Positions 31,910-40,964 of a stretch of DNA of 64,000 nucleotides are shown here, one piece after another. The notes beneath the pieces are model-generated. The model had not been told where the DNA came from. It made no database searches and was given only the letters and a program-made list of their open reading frames with translations. Position numbers and translations under genes: made by a program. The stretch is from assembly GCA_016704275.1 (NCBI GenBank), contig JADJAK010000003.1:42122-106121 (forward strand). Direction: 5' to 3'. Source of the DNA: Gemmatimonadota bacterium (GTDB lineage: Bacteria > Gemmatimonadota > Gemmatimonadetes > Gemmatimonadales > GWC2-71-9). Each line of letters opens with the position of its first letter. Within the stretch, counting starts at the first letter, position 1.

Positions 31910-32436
31910 GCGGGCGCGGCACCGAGTTCGGTGGCGAGCCACGCCCGGGCCGCGCGCCAGTCGCGCAGCACCGTGGCCTCGGAAATGGTCAGCAGCTCGG
32001 CGATTTCCTCGACACTGAGTCCGCCGAAGTAACGCGCCTCCACCACGGCCGCCTGGCGCGGCGACAACTTGGCGAGGTCCGCCAGCGACGCGTCGAGCGC
32101 GAGCAGACTGCCGGCCGTGCCGAGGTGGTTGGTCAGCTCCTCGTCGAAGGTGACCAGGATGGCGTCGGGGCCGCCGCGCTTCACGGCGTGGCGTTGGCGC
32201 GCCGCTTCGACCAGCACCTGGCGCATCGCCCGGGCGGCGATGCGGCGAAAGTGCAGTGCGGAGGTGACTTCGAATCCGGGCGAGCGGGCGAGCTTGGCCC
32301 ACGCCTCGTGCACCAGCGCGGTCGGATTGAGCGTGGCGGTGGGATGGTCGCGGCGCACCTGCGCCGCCAGCGCCCGCAATTCGGCGTAGGCGGCAGTGAA
32401 GAGGACGTCGAGGGTGTCGCGATCGACTCGGGACAT
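31906..32436 (-). CDS. ECF-type RNA polymerase sigma factor (kinase-associated ECF group)
   Basis: Motifs: LVHEAWAKL (region 2) and FGGLSVEEIAELLTISEATVLRDWRAARAWL (region 4). Translationally coupled to the downstream kinase. Confidence 0.85.
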   Translation of the reverse strand: MSRVDRDTLDVLFTAAYAELRALAAQVRRDHPTATLNPTALVHEAWAKLARSPGFEVTSALHFRRIAARAMRQVLVEAARQRHAVKRGGPDAILVTFDEELTNHLGTAGSLLALDASLADLAKLSPRQAAVVEARYFGGLSVEEIAELLTISEATVLRDWRAARAWLATELGAAPA

Positions 32437-32615
32437 GCAGGGGCGTCCTCAAGGGGGAGGCGCTGGGGAAGGTCGGATGGACTGGGGTTGGAGACCTTCC
32501 GAATCTACCGCCTGCCGGCGGGGCGGGGGAGAGGCGGCGGGCGGATCGTGACGGAATCGCGGGGGTTCCAGCGCAAAGGAGAGTAAGCCTGAGCTTTTCC
32601 CCAATGGAGGTCCCC

Positions 32616-33509
32616 ATGCGCCGTCTCGTTCTCTCGCTCTCCCTGGCCATCCTCACCGCCTGTGGCGGCGGCTCCCCCACCGGCCCCGGCGGGGGCGGCA
32701 ACGGGACCGACAAGGTCACCGCCTCGATCGACGGGCAGGCCTTTACGGGGGGGACGGTGCTGGCGGTGCCGGTGTCGACCGTGCCGGGGAGTCTTGGCTT
32801 CCAGGCGACCCAGGTGGTCGGCAGCACGGCTCGGACGATCGCGGTGTACCTCGCCTTCATCCCCGGCCCTGGGACCTATCCGTTGGGGATGAACATCGGC
32901 ACCTCCCCGGGCGGGACGGTCTCGGTGACGAGCGGCGTGAGTTCCTTCACGACCCCGCTCTCGGGTGCCGCCGGCAGCGTCACCATCACCTCACTCACAT
33001 CGACCCGCGTGGTGGGGACGTTCACCTTCACGGCCACGGCGACCACCGGCTCGGCCACCACCACGGTGACCAACGGCGTCTTCGATGTTCCGCTCTCCAC
33101 CGGCTACGTCGTGCCGACGGCCGACCTCGCCGGCAGCACGATGACCGCGACGATCAACGGCACGCCGCAGGTGGGTGCCACGTTGAGCGGCATCGGCGGC
33201 AACTCGACGACGCGGGTCGTGGGCGCGATGAACCTGGACTATTCGATCAGCATCACGGTCGGTCCGGTCACCGCGACGGGATCGGGCGCGCTCACCGGCT
33301 TCACGGTGCCGACGCGGCGGATCATGATCACCCGGGTGGGGACCGCGCAGTCATGGGGCGGCGTGGGCAATGATACCGGGACGCTCACCATCACCACGCT
33401 GACGCCGACCCGAATCGCCGGCACCTTCTCCGGCACGCTGGCACCCAATGCCCAGACGACCGGGACGATGACGGTGGCGAATGGGGCGTTTGATGTGAGG
33501 ACGCCGTAG
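32616..33509 (+). CDS. Lipoprotein with internally repeated Thr/Gly-rich beta-type modules, function unknown
   Basis: ATG 32616 follows GGAGG (ATG 32604 is an alternative). The lipobox is LTAC. A motif recurs: TxxR(V/I)xGTF(T/S)...(T/A)NG(V/A)FDV. Confidence 0.65.
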   Translation: MRRLVLSLSLAILTACGGGSPTGPGGGGNGTDKVTASIDGQAFTGGTVLAVPVSTVPGSLGFQATQVVGSTARTIAVYLAFIPGPGTYPLGMNIGTSPGGTVSVTSGVSSFTTPLSGAAGSVTITSLTSTRVVGTFTFTATATTGSATTTVTNGVFDVPLSTGYVVPTADLAGSTMTATINGTPQVGATLSGIGGNSTTRVVGAMNLDYSISITVGPVTATGSGALTGFTVPTRRIMITRVGTAQSWGGVGNDTGTLTITTLTPTRIAGTFSGTLAPNAQTTGTMTVANGAFDVRTP

Positions 33510-33510
33510 C

Positions 33511-33708
33511 GGATGATGGAGGATGGATGATGGAGGATGGATTGTGGTTGTCATCCTGAGCGGAGCCCGCGAAGCGGGCGTAGTCGAAGGACCTCTTTCC
33601 CGGCGTGCGGAGAGAGGTCCTTCGACTGCGCAGCCCGGTGGGCTGCTTCGCTCAGGATGACAACAGTTCAGGCAGGACGCCCCAATCCATCATCCATCAT
33701 CCATCAGT
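33511..33708. repeat. Heptamer-zipper hairpin D with core: GGATGAT/GGAGGAT x5, a 118-nt core (GTTGTCATCCTGAGCG...CGCTCAGGATGACAAC), 20-nt spacer, about 3.5 x ATCATCC
   Basis: Read directly. The core is 33547-33664. The response-regulator stop (33704-33706, minus strand) lies in the right arm. The lipoprotein stop lies 1 nt before the left arm. Confidence 0.9.
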
Positions 33709-34405
33709 CCGTCTTCACCCGATACCCCGTCTTCCGCACCGTCAGGATGTGCACCGGATTGGCGGGGTCCGCTTCGAGCTTCCGGCGCAACTCGAGGATG
33801 TGAACGTCGACGGTGCGCGAGACGATGTCGGGTTCGTACTGCCACACCGCGTCGAGCAACTCGGCGCGGGTGGCCACGCGTCCTTCCCGGCGCAGCAGCG
33901 CGACCAGCAGGTCGTATTCGCGGGGCCGCAGTGCGACTGCCTCGCCGTCGCGCAGCACCACGTGCGTCCCGGTGTCGACGCTGACCGTGCCGAACTGCCA
34001 CCGTTCGCTCGCCGCCCTCGGCTCGCTGGGGTGCACTGGGCGGCGTCGGAGCATCGCGTTGACCCGGGCCAGCAGTTCCGGCAACGAGAACGGCTTGATG
34101 ACGTAGTCGTCGGCGCCGAGGCGGAAGCCGCGCAACCGGTCGGTCTCGGCGGCCCGGGCCGACAGCACCAGCACGGCGACATCGTGTCCCTCCTCGCGGA
34201 GGGTGCGCAGCACGGTGAAGCCGTCCATGTGCGGCAGCATCAGGTCGAGCAGGATCAGCTCGGGGTCCCACCGCCGCGCCTGCGACAACCCTTCCAGTCC
34301 GTTGGTCGCGATCCGTACCTCATGACCGTCATGGGTCAGATTGAGTCGCAGCCCTTCGGCCAGTCCCGGATTGTCCTCGACCACCAAGATTCTGCGCATC
34401 GTCAT
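33704..34405 (-). CDS. OmpR-family response regulator
   Basis: ATG 34405 sits in an ATGA overlap with the kinase stop. Contains MRRILVVEDNPGLAEGLRLNL...LILLDLMLPHMDG and a winged-helix C-terminus ending TVRKTGYRV. Confidence 0.9.
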   Translation of the reverse strand: MTMRRILVVEDNPGLAEGLRLNLTHDGHEVRIATNGLEGLSQARRWDPELILLDLMLPHMDGFTVLRTLREEGHDVAVLVLSARAAETDRLRGFRLGADDYVIKPFSLPELLARVNAMLRRRPVHPSEPRAASERWQFGTVSVDTGTHVVLRDGEAVALRPREYDLLVALLRREGRVATRAELLDAVWQYEPDIVSRTVDVHILELRRKLEADPANPVHILTVRKTGYRVKTD

Positions 34406-36012
34406 TCTCCTGCCATCAGGGGGAGCGTGACCCGGAAGCACGCACCGTGTGGAGCCACCTCCTCGATCTGCACCGAGCCGTGGTGCAGCAGGACCAGTTG
34501 GCGGACGACGGCGAGCCCGATGCCGCTGCCGCTGCCTTCGCCACGCTCGAACGGCTCCCAGATCCGCTCCCGATCCTGCGGCGGGATGCCCGGTCCCTGA
34601 TCCGCCACGGCGAACTCGAGGACGGTGGTGTCGTGCCGTGAACTCACGTGGACGGTGCCGCCACTGCCACCGTGACGGATCGCGTTGTCGAGCAGGTTGA
34701 TCAGGATGCGGCGAACCGCATCCCCGTCGAGGGTCGCCATCGGCCCCGGCGTGATGGTCGTTTCGAGCACGATCCGATGCGCCCGCGCCAAGGGTTCGAA
34801 GAGGGCGGCGACTTCGCGCACCAGGCGGTCGACATCCTCCGGGCGCGGTGAGAGTCGATGCGCCGGGCGCCCCACGCGCGACAGCGCCAGCACGTTCTCG
34901 ACCATCTGCCCCAGGTGACGCGTCTCGCGCACGATCGTGTCCAGTGCACCGCGTTGGGCCGCCTCGCCACCGGCCCGTTCCAGCAGCAGGGTCTCGGCGA
35001 AGAGCTGGATGTTGGCCAGCGGCGTGCGGAGCTCGTGCGAGATGCTCGATGTGAACTCTTCGCGCAGTCGACTGAGCGCCACGGCGCGCCACGCCGTGAC
35101 GGCGGCGGCGCTCACCAGCAGCAGGGCCAGCGCGACGGCCAGCGCGACCCGCGCACCGGGCAGCGGTGGATATCCTCCCGGCATCAGGACCGGCACTGCA
35201 CTCGGCAGGATGGCGTAGGTGATGCGCGCCATCAACGGTCCGAGGACCAGACGGTCACTCTTCCAGTTGCCGTTGGCGACATTGCCCGACTCGAGCAGCA
35301 CCTCACCATGATCGCCGAACACCCGGACCGCGATCGGCTGCGAGTTGCTGTCGGTCGGCGCCATGCGCAGCGAGTCGCGCAGCCGCATGAAGGCGTTCAG
35401 CGTCGGGGTGATCGGCAGGCGGAGCACCTTGTCGCGAAAGCGGGCGAGTGGGATCTCGAGCCCGACCCAGCGTTTCCCGCCGCGCTCACGTTCAACGAAG
35501 GCGATCGACGTGTCAGCGCCGCGTGCGATGACCGTGCCGAAATAGGTGGCATCCCTGGCGCGCGGCTTGCCAAGGCGGGTGCGCAGCGACGTGGAGAGGA
35601 TCGCATCGGCGGTGTCGCCCTTGGAGGTGGCGATCGCCGCGACGCTGTCGAAGACGAAGTAGCGATGCGGCGCCAGCTCGAGCACGTACGGTGAGAACGC
35701 CTCGGCACCGGTCAGTGTGGCAATCGAGTCGGACGTCAGCTGTCCCTTCGCCACCAGGGCCCGCTGTGCGCCGCGCAGCAGCGTGCGCAGGTCGATGAAG
35801 GTCCGGCTCTGCACGCTACCGGCGTACGAGTCGGCGAGGTAGGCGGCGTGGTCGCGGAGCGTCTCGTCGGCGGTGGCGCGGTGGCGCATCATCGTCGTCC
35901 AGAGAAACCACGCCCCCCAGCCGATGATCAGGACAGCCAGCAACGAGGCGCCGCCGACCAGGAATTCAGGACGGCGGCGCCAGTCGCGCAGCGAGCGGGG
36001 AGAGAAAGGCAT
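34402..36012 (-). CDS. Sensor histidine kinase (two TM helices, periplasmic sensor, HisKA + HATPase_c)
   Basis: H-box FTSSISHELRTPLANI, N-box LINLLDNAIRHG, and G-boxes DQGPGI / GSGIGLAVV. Confidence 0.9.
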   Translation of the reverse strand: MPFSPRSLRDWRRRPEFLVGGASLLAVLIIGWGAWFLWTTMMRHRATADETLRDHAAYLADSYAGSVQSRTFIDLRTLLRGAQRALVAKGQLTSDSIATLTGAEAFSPYVLELAPHRYFVFDSVAAIATSKGDTADAILSTSLRTRLGKPRARDATYFGTVIARGADTSIAFVERERGGKRWVGLEIPLARFRDKVLRLPITPTLNAFMRLRDSLRMAPTDSNSQPIAVRVFGDHGEVLLESGNVANGNWKSDRLVLGPLMARITYAILPSAVPVLMPGGYPPLPGARVALAVALALLLVSAAAVTAWRAVALSRLREEFTSSISHELRTPLANIQLFAETLLLERAGGEAAQRGALDTIVRETRHLGQMVENVLALSRVGRPAHRLSPRPEDVDRLVREVAALFEPLARAHRIVLETTITPGPMATLDGDAVRRILINLLDNAIRHGGSGGTVHVSSRHDTTVLEFAVADQGPGIPPQDRERIWEPFERGEGSGSGIGLAVVRQLVLLHHGSVQIEEVAPHGACFRVTLPLMAGE

Positions 36013-36090
36013 CCCGTCAAAGGTACTCCCCAGGCCCGCTCTCCGGGGGCGGCCTGACAGGGCTCTGACCAGCCTCCCGGGCCGGTCGGG

Positions 36091-36480
36091 TCATGCGGTG
36101 TCGCGGTGTGGCCGAGACTCGGCGGCGACGGCGAGGAGGACCGCGATCAGCAACACGCTGTACTCCATCCCGTTCCGGCCGCCCCCCACCACGAACCATC
36201 CTTCCGTCGCGTGAATCAGGACGATGCCGGTGGCGAGTTCTGCCACGAAGAGCAGCGAGACCAGGCGTCGTCGCCAGCCGAACCAGAGAGCCACGGCCCC
36301 GGCGAGTTCGGCGCCAGTGATCGCGGCCGCAAGCAACTCACCGACGGGGAGGTGGAGCGAGGCGAGCCATTGCCCGAAGCCGCGCACGCGCTCTGGCGAC
36401 GCCGCGCGATACGCTCCGTGCGCCGCCATGAGGCAGGCCACCACTCGGCGCAAGATGGCCAGCACCGTGGTGGCCGACAT
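36091..36480 (-). CDS. DoxX-family membrane protein
   Basis: Uses the internal ATG 36480 (MSATTVLAILRRV...). Four hydrophobic helices with an AAHGAYR ... ELAGAVALWFGWRRR pattern. The family is assigned from memory. Confidence 0.55.
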   Translation of the reverse strand: MSATTVLAILRRVVACLMAAHGAYRAASPERVRGFGQWLASLHLPVGELLAAAITGAELAGAVALWFGWRRRLVSLLFVAELATGIVLIHATEGWFVVGGGRNGMEYSVLLIAVLLAVAAESRPHRDTA

Positions 36481-36786
36481 TGGGGACTCCGGCTGGGGAG
36501 GGGAACTTCCGCTGCGGCGCTGACGCCGCCCGGTGAGGGCGGCGTCCGGCCGCCGGAACCACCGAAGGAGCGGCAACCCCTGGGGAGTGGAACCGACGAC
36601 CGGATACATGCACGCACATGGAGGTCAGGCTGCGTGGCCCTTCCCTCCGCAATCAGAATGGCCCCGCGGAGGAATCGGGAACAGGGGGGTCGTGTAAGGG
36701 GACGGTATGCAACCGGTTCGGGCAGTGCTGACGTCCTGCTGACGTGCGGCCCGTGCGCCGAGCGCGTCGGGGCGTTTGCTTGTCGC

Positions 36787-38067
36787 ATGCGATCAATCCT
36801 TGCCCTCCTCCTGGTGTTCACGACGGTGCACGCCGTCCCCGCCCAACGGGCCGATTCCGCGGCCACCGCGCGTCGTCTCATGCGCGGCGCGGCGGCGGTA
36901 CTGCAACGCGGCGACACGACGGCCGCCGCCGATTCCGTCCTCGCCGCCGCGCGCGCGTGGCCCGCGCAAAGCAGTTACTGGCTTGCGGCCGCGCGTTGGA
37001 ATGCCGTGGCGCATCGACCCGAGGTGGCGCTCGATGCACTGACCACCCTCGTCGGTTTGGGTGCGGGGTGGCAACGTGACGACCCACGCCTGGCGTCGCT
37101 CGCGCGCGAGGCACGCTATGCGGCGCTGCAGCCACCATCGGCGGAAGTGCGGAGCCGGGTGGTGGTCACCCTGCCCGACGCCGACTTCCATCCCGAAGGG
37201 GTGGCGTGGGACGCGCGCACGAAACGCCTCTTCGTCGGCAGCGTGCATCGCGGGAGCGTCGTGGTGATCGGGGCAGACAGCACAGTGACCACCTTTGTGC
37301 CGGCGGGTACCGCTGGGATGCGCGCGGTCCTGGGCGTGCTGGCCGACACCGCTCGCAACCTGCTCTTCGTCAGCAGCGCCGATGTGCCCGAGCGTGATGG
37401 TGGCGTGGCGTCACCGCGCGCGGCGTCGAGTGTCCTCGCCTTCTCGCTCACCAGCGGCGCGCTCGTGCGGCAATGGGGCTTTCCGGAAGACGGCCATCAG
37501 CATCTCATCGGCGAGTTGGTCCTGGCACCCGACGGCACCGTGTGGGGCACCGACAGCGAGCATCCGGCGCTCTACCGCGTGCCGATTTCCGCAGCGGCCG
37601 CGCGACTCGAGCCGCTGGCGTTCTCGCATCGCGACTGGGTGTCGTTGCAGGGGCTCGCCTTCAGCGCGGACGGCCTGCAGGCCTGGATCGCCGACTGGAC
37701 CACCGGCCTCTACCACCTCGACCTCGTGCGCGGCGTCGTCACGCCGGTTGCCGCCCCTTCCGGTGGCACGCTCCTCGGGATCGATGGGCTGTACCGACGC
37801 GGGCCGGGGCAGCTGATCGGTATCCAGAACGGCATCGCGCCGCACCGGATCGTCGCCCTGGAGTTGGACGCCGGCGGGATGGCGGTGCGAGCCCTGCGGC
37901 CGCTCGACCACCCGCCGGGGGAGGGCGAGCCGACCCTCGGTGTCCTCACCCCGGAGGGGCTGCTCTTCGTGGCGGGCTCCCTCTGGCCGTTCTACGACGG
38001 GGCGGGGCGCCTCGGCCCCGCCGAGGGGCGGCCACGGGGCGAAATCCGACGGATTTCCTGGCAGTAA
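36787..38067 (+). CDS. Secreted protein: N-terminal helical region plus SMP-30/gluconolactonase-like beta-propeller
   Basis: ATG 36787 with signal peptide MRSILALLLVFTTVHAVPAQ. DADFHPEGVAWDARTKRLFVGSVHRGSVVVI and repeated blade-like segments. The ORF-track start at 36106 is a shadow extension. Confidence 0.6.
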   Translation: MRSILALLLVFTTVHAVPAQRADSAATARRLMRGAAAVLQRGDTTAAADSVLAAARAWPAQSSYWLAAARWNAVAHRPEVALDALTTLVGLGAGWQRDDPRLASLAREARYAALQPPSAEVRSRVVVTLPDADFHPEGVAWDARTKRLFVGSVHRGSVVVIGADSTVTTFVPAGTAGMRAVLGVLADTARNLLFVSSADVPERDGGVASPRAASSVLAFSLTSGALVRQWGFPEDGHQHLIGELVLAPDGTVWGTDSEHPALYRVPISAAAARLEPLAFSHRDWVSLQGLAFSADGLQAWIADWTTGLYHLDLVRGVVTPVAAPSGGTLLGIDGLYRRGPGQLIGIQNGIAPHRIVALELDAGGMAVRALRPLDHPPGEGEPTLGVLTPEGLLFVAGSLWPFYDGAGRLGPAEGRPRGEIRRISWQ

Positions 38068-38130
38068 GGCAGGCACGCCGCGGGCTCGGTCCGCACTATC
38101 TTTCGGCTCCTCCGTGAAGGGAGCCGGGAG

Positions 38131-38721
38131 ATGGCAGATTTCTTCGTCCACGAATCCTCCTACGTGGACGCCGGGGCGGTAATCGGCAGCGGGACCAAGA
38201 TCTGGCATTTCTGCCATGTCATGGGTGGTGCGGTCATCGGGGAGCGCTGCTCCCTGGGGCAGAATGTCGTGGTCATGCCGGGGACCCGGATTGGCCACAA
38301 CGTGAAGATCCAGAACAACGTCTCGATCTACGAAGGCGTGGAGCTCGAAGACGACGTCTTCTGCGGCCCCTCCTGCGTCTTCACGAACGTGATCAACCCC
38401 CGCAGCCACGTCTCCCGGAAGGAGGAGTACCGGCGCACCCTGGTGCGGCGGGGCGCCTCGATTGGGGCCAATGCCACCATCGTCTGCGGGGCAACCCTCG
38501 GCGAATACGCATTTATCGGTGCCGGGGCCGTCGTCACCGGTACCGTCCCCGATTTTGCCCTGATGGTCGGGGTCCCGGCCCGGCGGATCGGATGGATGTG
38601 CCAGTGCGGGGAGCGGTTGGCGCTGGACGCAGGGCACGCGACGTGCAAGGCCTGCGGTTCGAGCTATCAGGAAGACGGCGACCGGCTTCGGCCGATTGTC
38701 CCGCCCGTGGCGCCGGGCTAA
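38131..38721 (+). CDS. wbpD: Hexapeptide-repeat N-acetyltransferase, WbpD/WlbB-like (UDP-2-acetamido-3-amino-2,3-dideoxy-glucuronate N-acetyltransferase)
   Basis: Left-handed beta-helix repeats ([31 protein letters not shown]...). The gene lies next to wbpE/B/A homologues. Confidence 0.7.
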   Translation: MADFFVHESSYVDAGAVIGSGTKIWHFCHVMGGAVIGERCSLGQNVVVMPGTRIGHNVKIQNNVSIYEGVELEDDVFCGPSCVFTNVINPRSHVSRKEEYRRTLVRRGASIGANATIVCGATLGEYAFIGAGAVVTGTVPDFALMVGVPARRIGWMCQCGERLALDAGHATCKACGSSYQEDGDRLRPIVPPVAPG

Positions 38722-38766
38722 CTTCCTTTCCTGTTGTCACTTACGCCACTTTGACGCGAGTCAGCG

Positions 38767-39882
38767 ATGCCTGTTCCCATGCTCGACCTGGTTGCCCAGC
38801 ACCGAATCATCGGCAACGAGGTCCAAGCGGCAGTCCAATCGGTCATTGATCGTCAAGCATTCATCATGGGGCCCGAGATTCCGGCCCTTGAGCAGGCCAT
38901 TGCGACCCTGACCGGGGTGCGCCGGGGTATCGGCTGCGCCAGCGGCACCGACGCCCTCCTTCTCCCGATCCGCGCGCTGGACCTGGCGCCGGGCGACGAA
39001 GTGATCGCGCCCGCCTTCACCTTCTTTGCGACGGCCGGGGCAATCCACAATGCCGGCGGCGTGCCGGTCTTCGCCGACATCGACCCGGTGACCTTCAACA
39101 TCACCCCGGAAGCGATCGAGGCCGCCATCACCCCGCGCACCCGCGCGATCGTGGTGGTGCACCTCTTCGGGCAGATGGCCCCAATGGAGCGCATCGTCCA
39201 GGTCGCCGCCAAGCACGGCCTCGCGATCATCGAGGACGGCGCGCAAACGATCGGCGCGCGTCGCCTGGTGGATGGGCAGTGGAAGCATCCCGGCCAGCTC
39301 GGCACCGTCGCCACCCTTTCCTTCTTCCCGACCAAGAACCTCGGGGCGTGGGGCGACGGCGGCATGATGCTGACGAATGACGAGGCGCTCGGTGAGCGGC
39401 TCGCCCGGCTCCGGTTGCACGGTGGCGCCAAGCAGTACCACCATGACGAGATCGGCTACAACTCGCGCCTCGATTCGCTGCAGGCGGCGGTGCTCCTCGC
39501 CAAGCTGCCGCACCTGGCCACCTGGAACGCGCAGCGCCAGTCGCACGCGGCGCATTACGAGGCCGCGTTCGCCGGCCTGGCCGGCGTCTGTCCGCCGCGC
39601 ACCGATCCGGCGAACGAGCATATCTGGCACCAGTACACCATCCGCGCCGAGCGCCGCGATGCCCTGATGGCGCACCTGAAGTCGCGCGGCATCGGCTGCG
39701 CCGTGTACTACCCGCTGCCGCTCCATCTGCAGCCCTGCTTCGCGCACCTCGGCTACACGCGCGGTTCGCTGCCGGTGACCGAGGCGGCGATGGACTCCGT
39801 CCTCTCGCTGCCGATCTTCGCGGAACTGACGCCGGCCCAGCTCGACGAAGTGGCCGGCGGCGTCCGGGAGTTCTACGCGTGA
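38767..39882 (+). CDS. wbpE: DegT/DnrJ/EryC1/StrS-family aminotransferase, WbpE-like
   Basis: Motifs: FIMGPEIPALEQAIA, and a PLP-lysine region LSFFPTKNLGAWGDGGM. Confidence 0.8.
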   Translation: MPVPMLDLVAQHRIIGNEVQAAVQSVIDRQAFIMGPEIPALEQAIATLTGVRRGIGCASGTDALLLPIRALDLAPGDEVIAPAFTFFATAGAIHNAGGVPVFADIDPVTFNITPEAIEAAITPRTRAIVVVHLFGQMAPMERIVQVAAKHGLAIIEDGAQTIGARRLVDGQWKHPGQLGTVATLSFFPTKNLGAWGDGGMMLTNDEALGERLARLRLHGGAKQYHHDEIGYNSRLDSLQAAVLLAKLPHLATWNAQRQSHAAHYEAAFAGLAGVCPPRTDPANEHIWHQYTIRAERRDALMAHLKSRGIGCAVYYPLPLHLQPCFAHLGYTRGSLPVTEAAMDSVLSLPIFAELTPAQLDEVAGGVREFYA

Positions 39883-40961
39883 GTCTCGGCACCCGACCGG
39901 CCTTCGTCTCCGCCGACCCGATCATCGGGCGGAAGATCCGCGTGGCCCTGGTCGGCTGCGGCCGCATCTCGGCCAATCACTTCGAGGCGTTCGAGGCGCA
40001 CGCCGCCGAGTGCGAGGTGGTCGCGGTCTGCGATTCGGAGCCGGAGGCGCTGGCCAAGGCGGTCGCGCGCACTGGCGCCCGCGGCTTCACCCACCTCGAC
40101 GCGCTCCTCGCCGGCAGTGATGCCGACGTGGTCGTGCTGGCCACGCCGAGCGGCCTGCACGCGGCGCAGGCGATCGCCTGCGCCGAAGCGGGTCGGCATG
40201 TGGTGACCGAGAAGCCGATGGCGACGCGCTGGCAGGACGGCAAGGCGATGGTCACCGCGTGCGACCGCGCCGACGTCCACCTCTTCGTCGTCAAGCAGAA
40301 CCGCCGCAATGCCACCGTGCAGGCGGTGAAGCGCGCGGTCGAGGCCGGCCGCTTCGGCCGGATCTACATGGTCTCGGTCAACGTCTTCTGGCAGCGGCCG
40401 CAGTCGTACTACGACTCGGCGGCGTGGCGCGGCACCTGGGAGTTCGACGGCGGCGCGTTCATGAACCAGGCCAGTCATTACGTCGACCTGCTCGACTGGC
40501 TCATCGGCCCCGTCGAGAGCGTGCAGGCCTACACCGCCACCCTGGCCCGGACCATCGAGGTCGAGGACTCCGGCGTGTTGGCGATCCGCTGGCGCAACGG
40601 TGCGCTCGGCACGATGGCCGTCACGATGCTGGCGCATCCGAAGAACTTCGAGGGATCGATCACCATCCTGGGTGAGCACGGCACCGTGCGCCTCGGCGGC
40701 GTCGCGGTGAACCAGATCGACCATTGGGAATTTGCCGAGCCGCATCCGGACGACAGCAAGATCACCGAGGCGAGCTACGCCACGACGTCGGTGTACGGCC
40801 ACGGCCACAAGGGATACTACGAGAACGTCTTCGCCACGCTGCGCGGCACGGCCCACGCCGACACCGACGGCCGCGAAGGACTGCATTCGCTGGAGTTGTT
40901 GATCGCCACCTATCTCGCGGCCCGTGATGGCCGGCGAGTCGCCCTGCCTCTGGAGTACTGA
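39879..40961 (+). CDS. wbpB: Gfo/Idh/MocA-family oxidoreductase, WbpB-like
   Basis: The start sits in a GTGA overlap. Contains the IRVALVGCGRISANH Rossmann motif and the EKPMATRWQDG motif. Confidence 0.75.
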   Translation: MSLGTRPAFVSADPIIGRKIRVALVGCGRISANHFEAFEAHAAECEVVAVCDSEPEALAKAVARTGARGFTHLDALLAGSDADVVVLATPSGLHAAQAIACAEAGRHVVTEKPMATRWQDGKAMVTACDRADVHLFVVKQNRRNATVQAVKRAVEAGRFGRIYMVSVNVFWQRPQSYYDSAAWRGTWEFDGGAFMNQASHYVDLLDWLIGPVESVQAYTATLARTIEVEDSGVLAIRWRNGALGTMAVTMLAHPKNFEGSITILGEHGTVRLGGVAVNQIDHWEFAEPHPDDSKITEASYATTSVYGHGHKGYYENVFATLRGTAHADTDGREGLHSLELLIATYLAARDGRRVALPLEY

Positions 40962-40964
40962 CCG

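Noticed and set aside
32437-32615. ECF-type promoter in the sigma/lipoprotein divergent spacer
   Set aside because: I could not identify a convincing -35/-10 pair by eye, and the consensus for this ECF group is not known to me. It is left uncalled.
31910-32860. N-terminal 317-aa extension of the kinase ORF (the 1185-aa version)
   Set aside because: The extension overlaps the well-supported ECF sigma gene in another frame and runs antisense to the lipoprotein gene. The ATG at 31909 gives the conserved kinase N-terminal region and an ATGA coupling with the sigma gene.
33537-33803. Small ORFs encoding CHPERSPRSGRSRRTS-like peptides (33537..33803+, 57001..57183-)
   Set aside because: The same peptide arises wherever the palindromic core is translated. 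These are repeat-derived, not genes.
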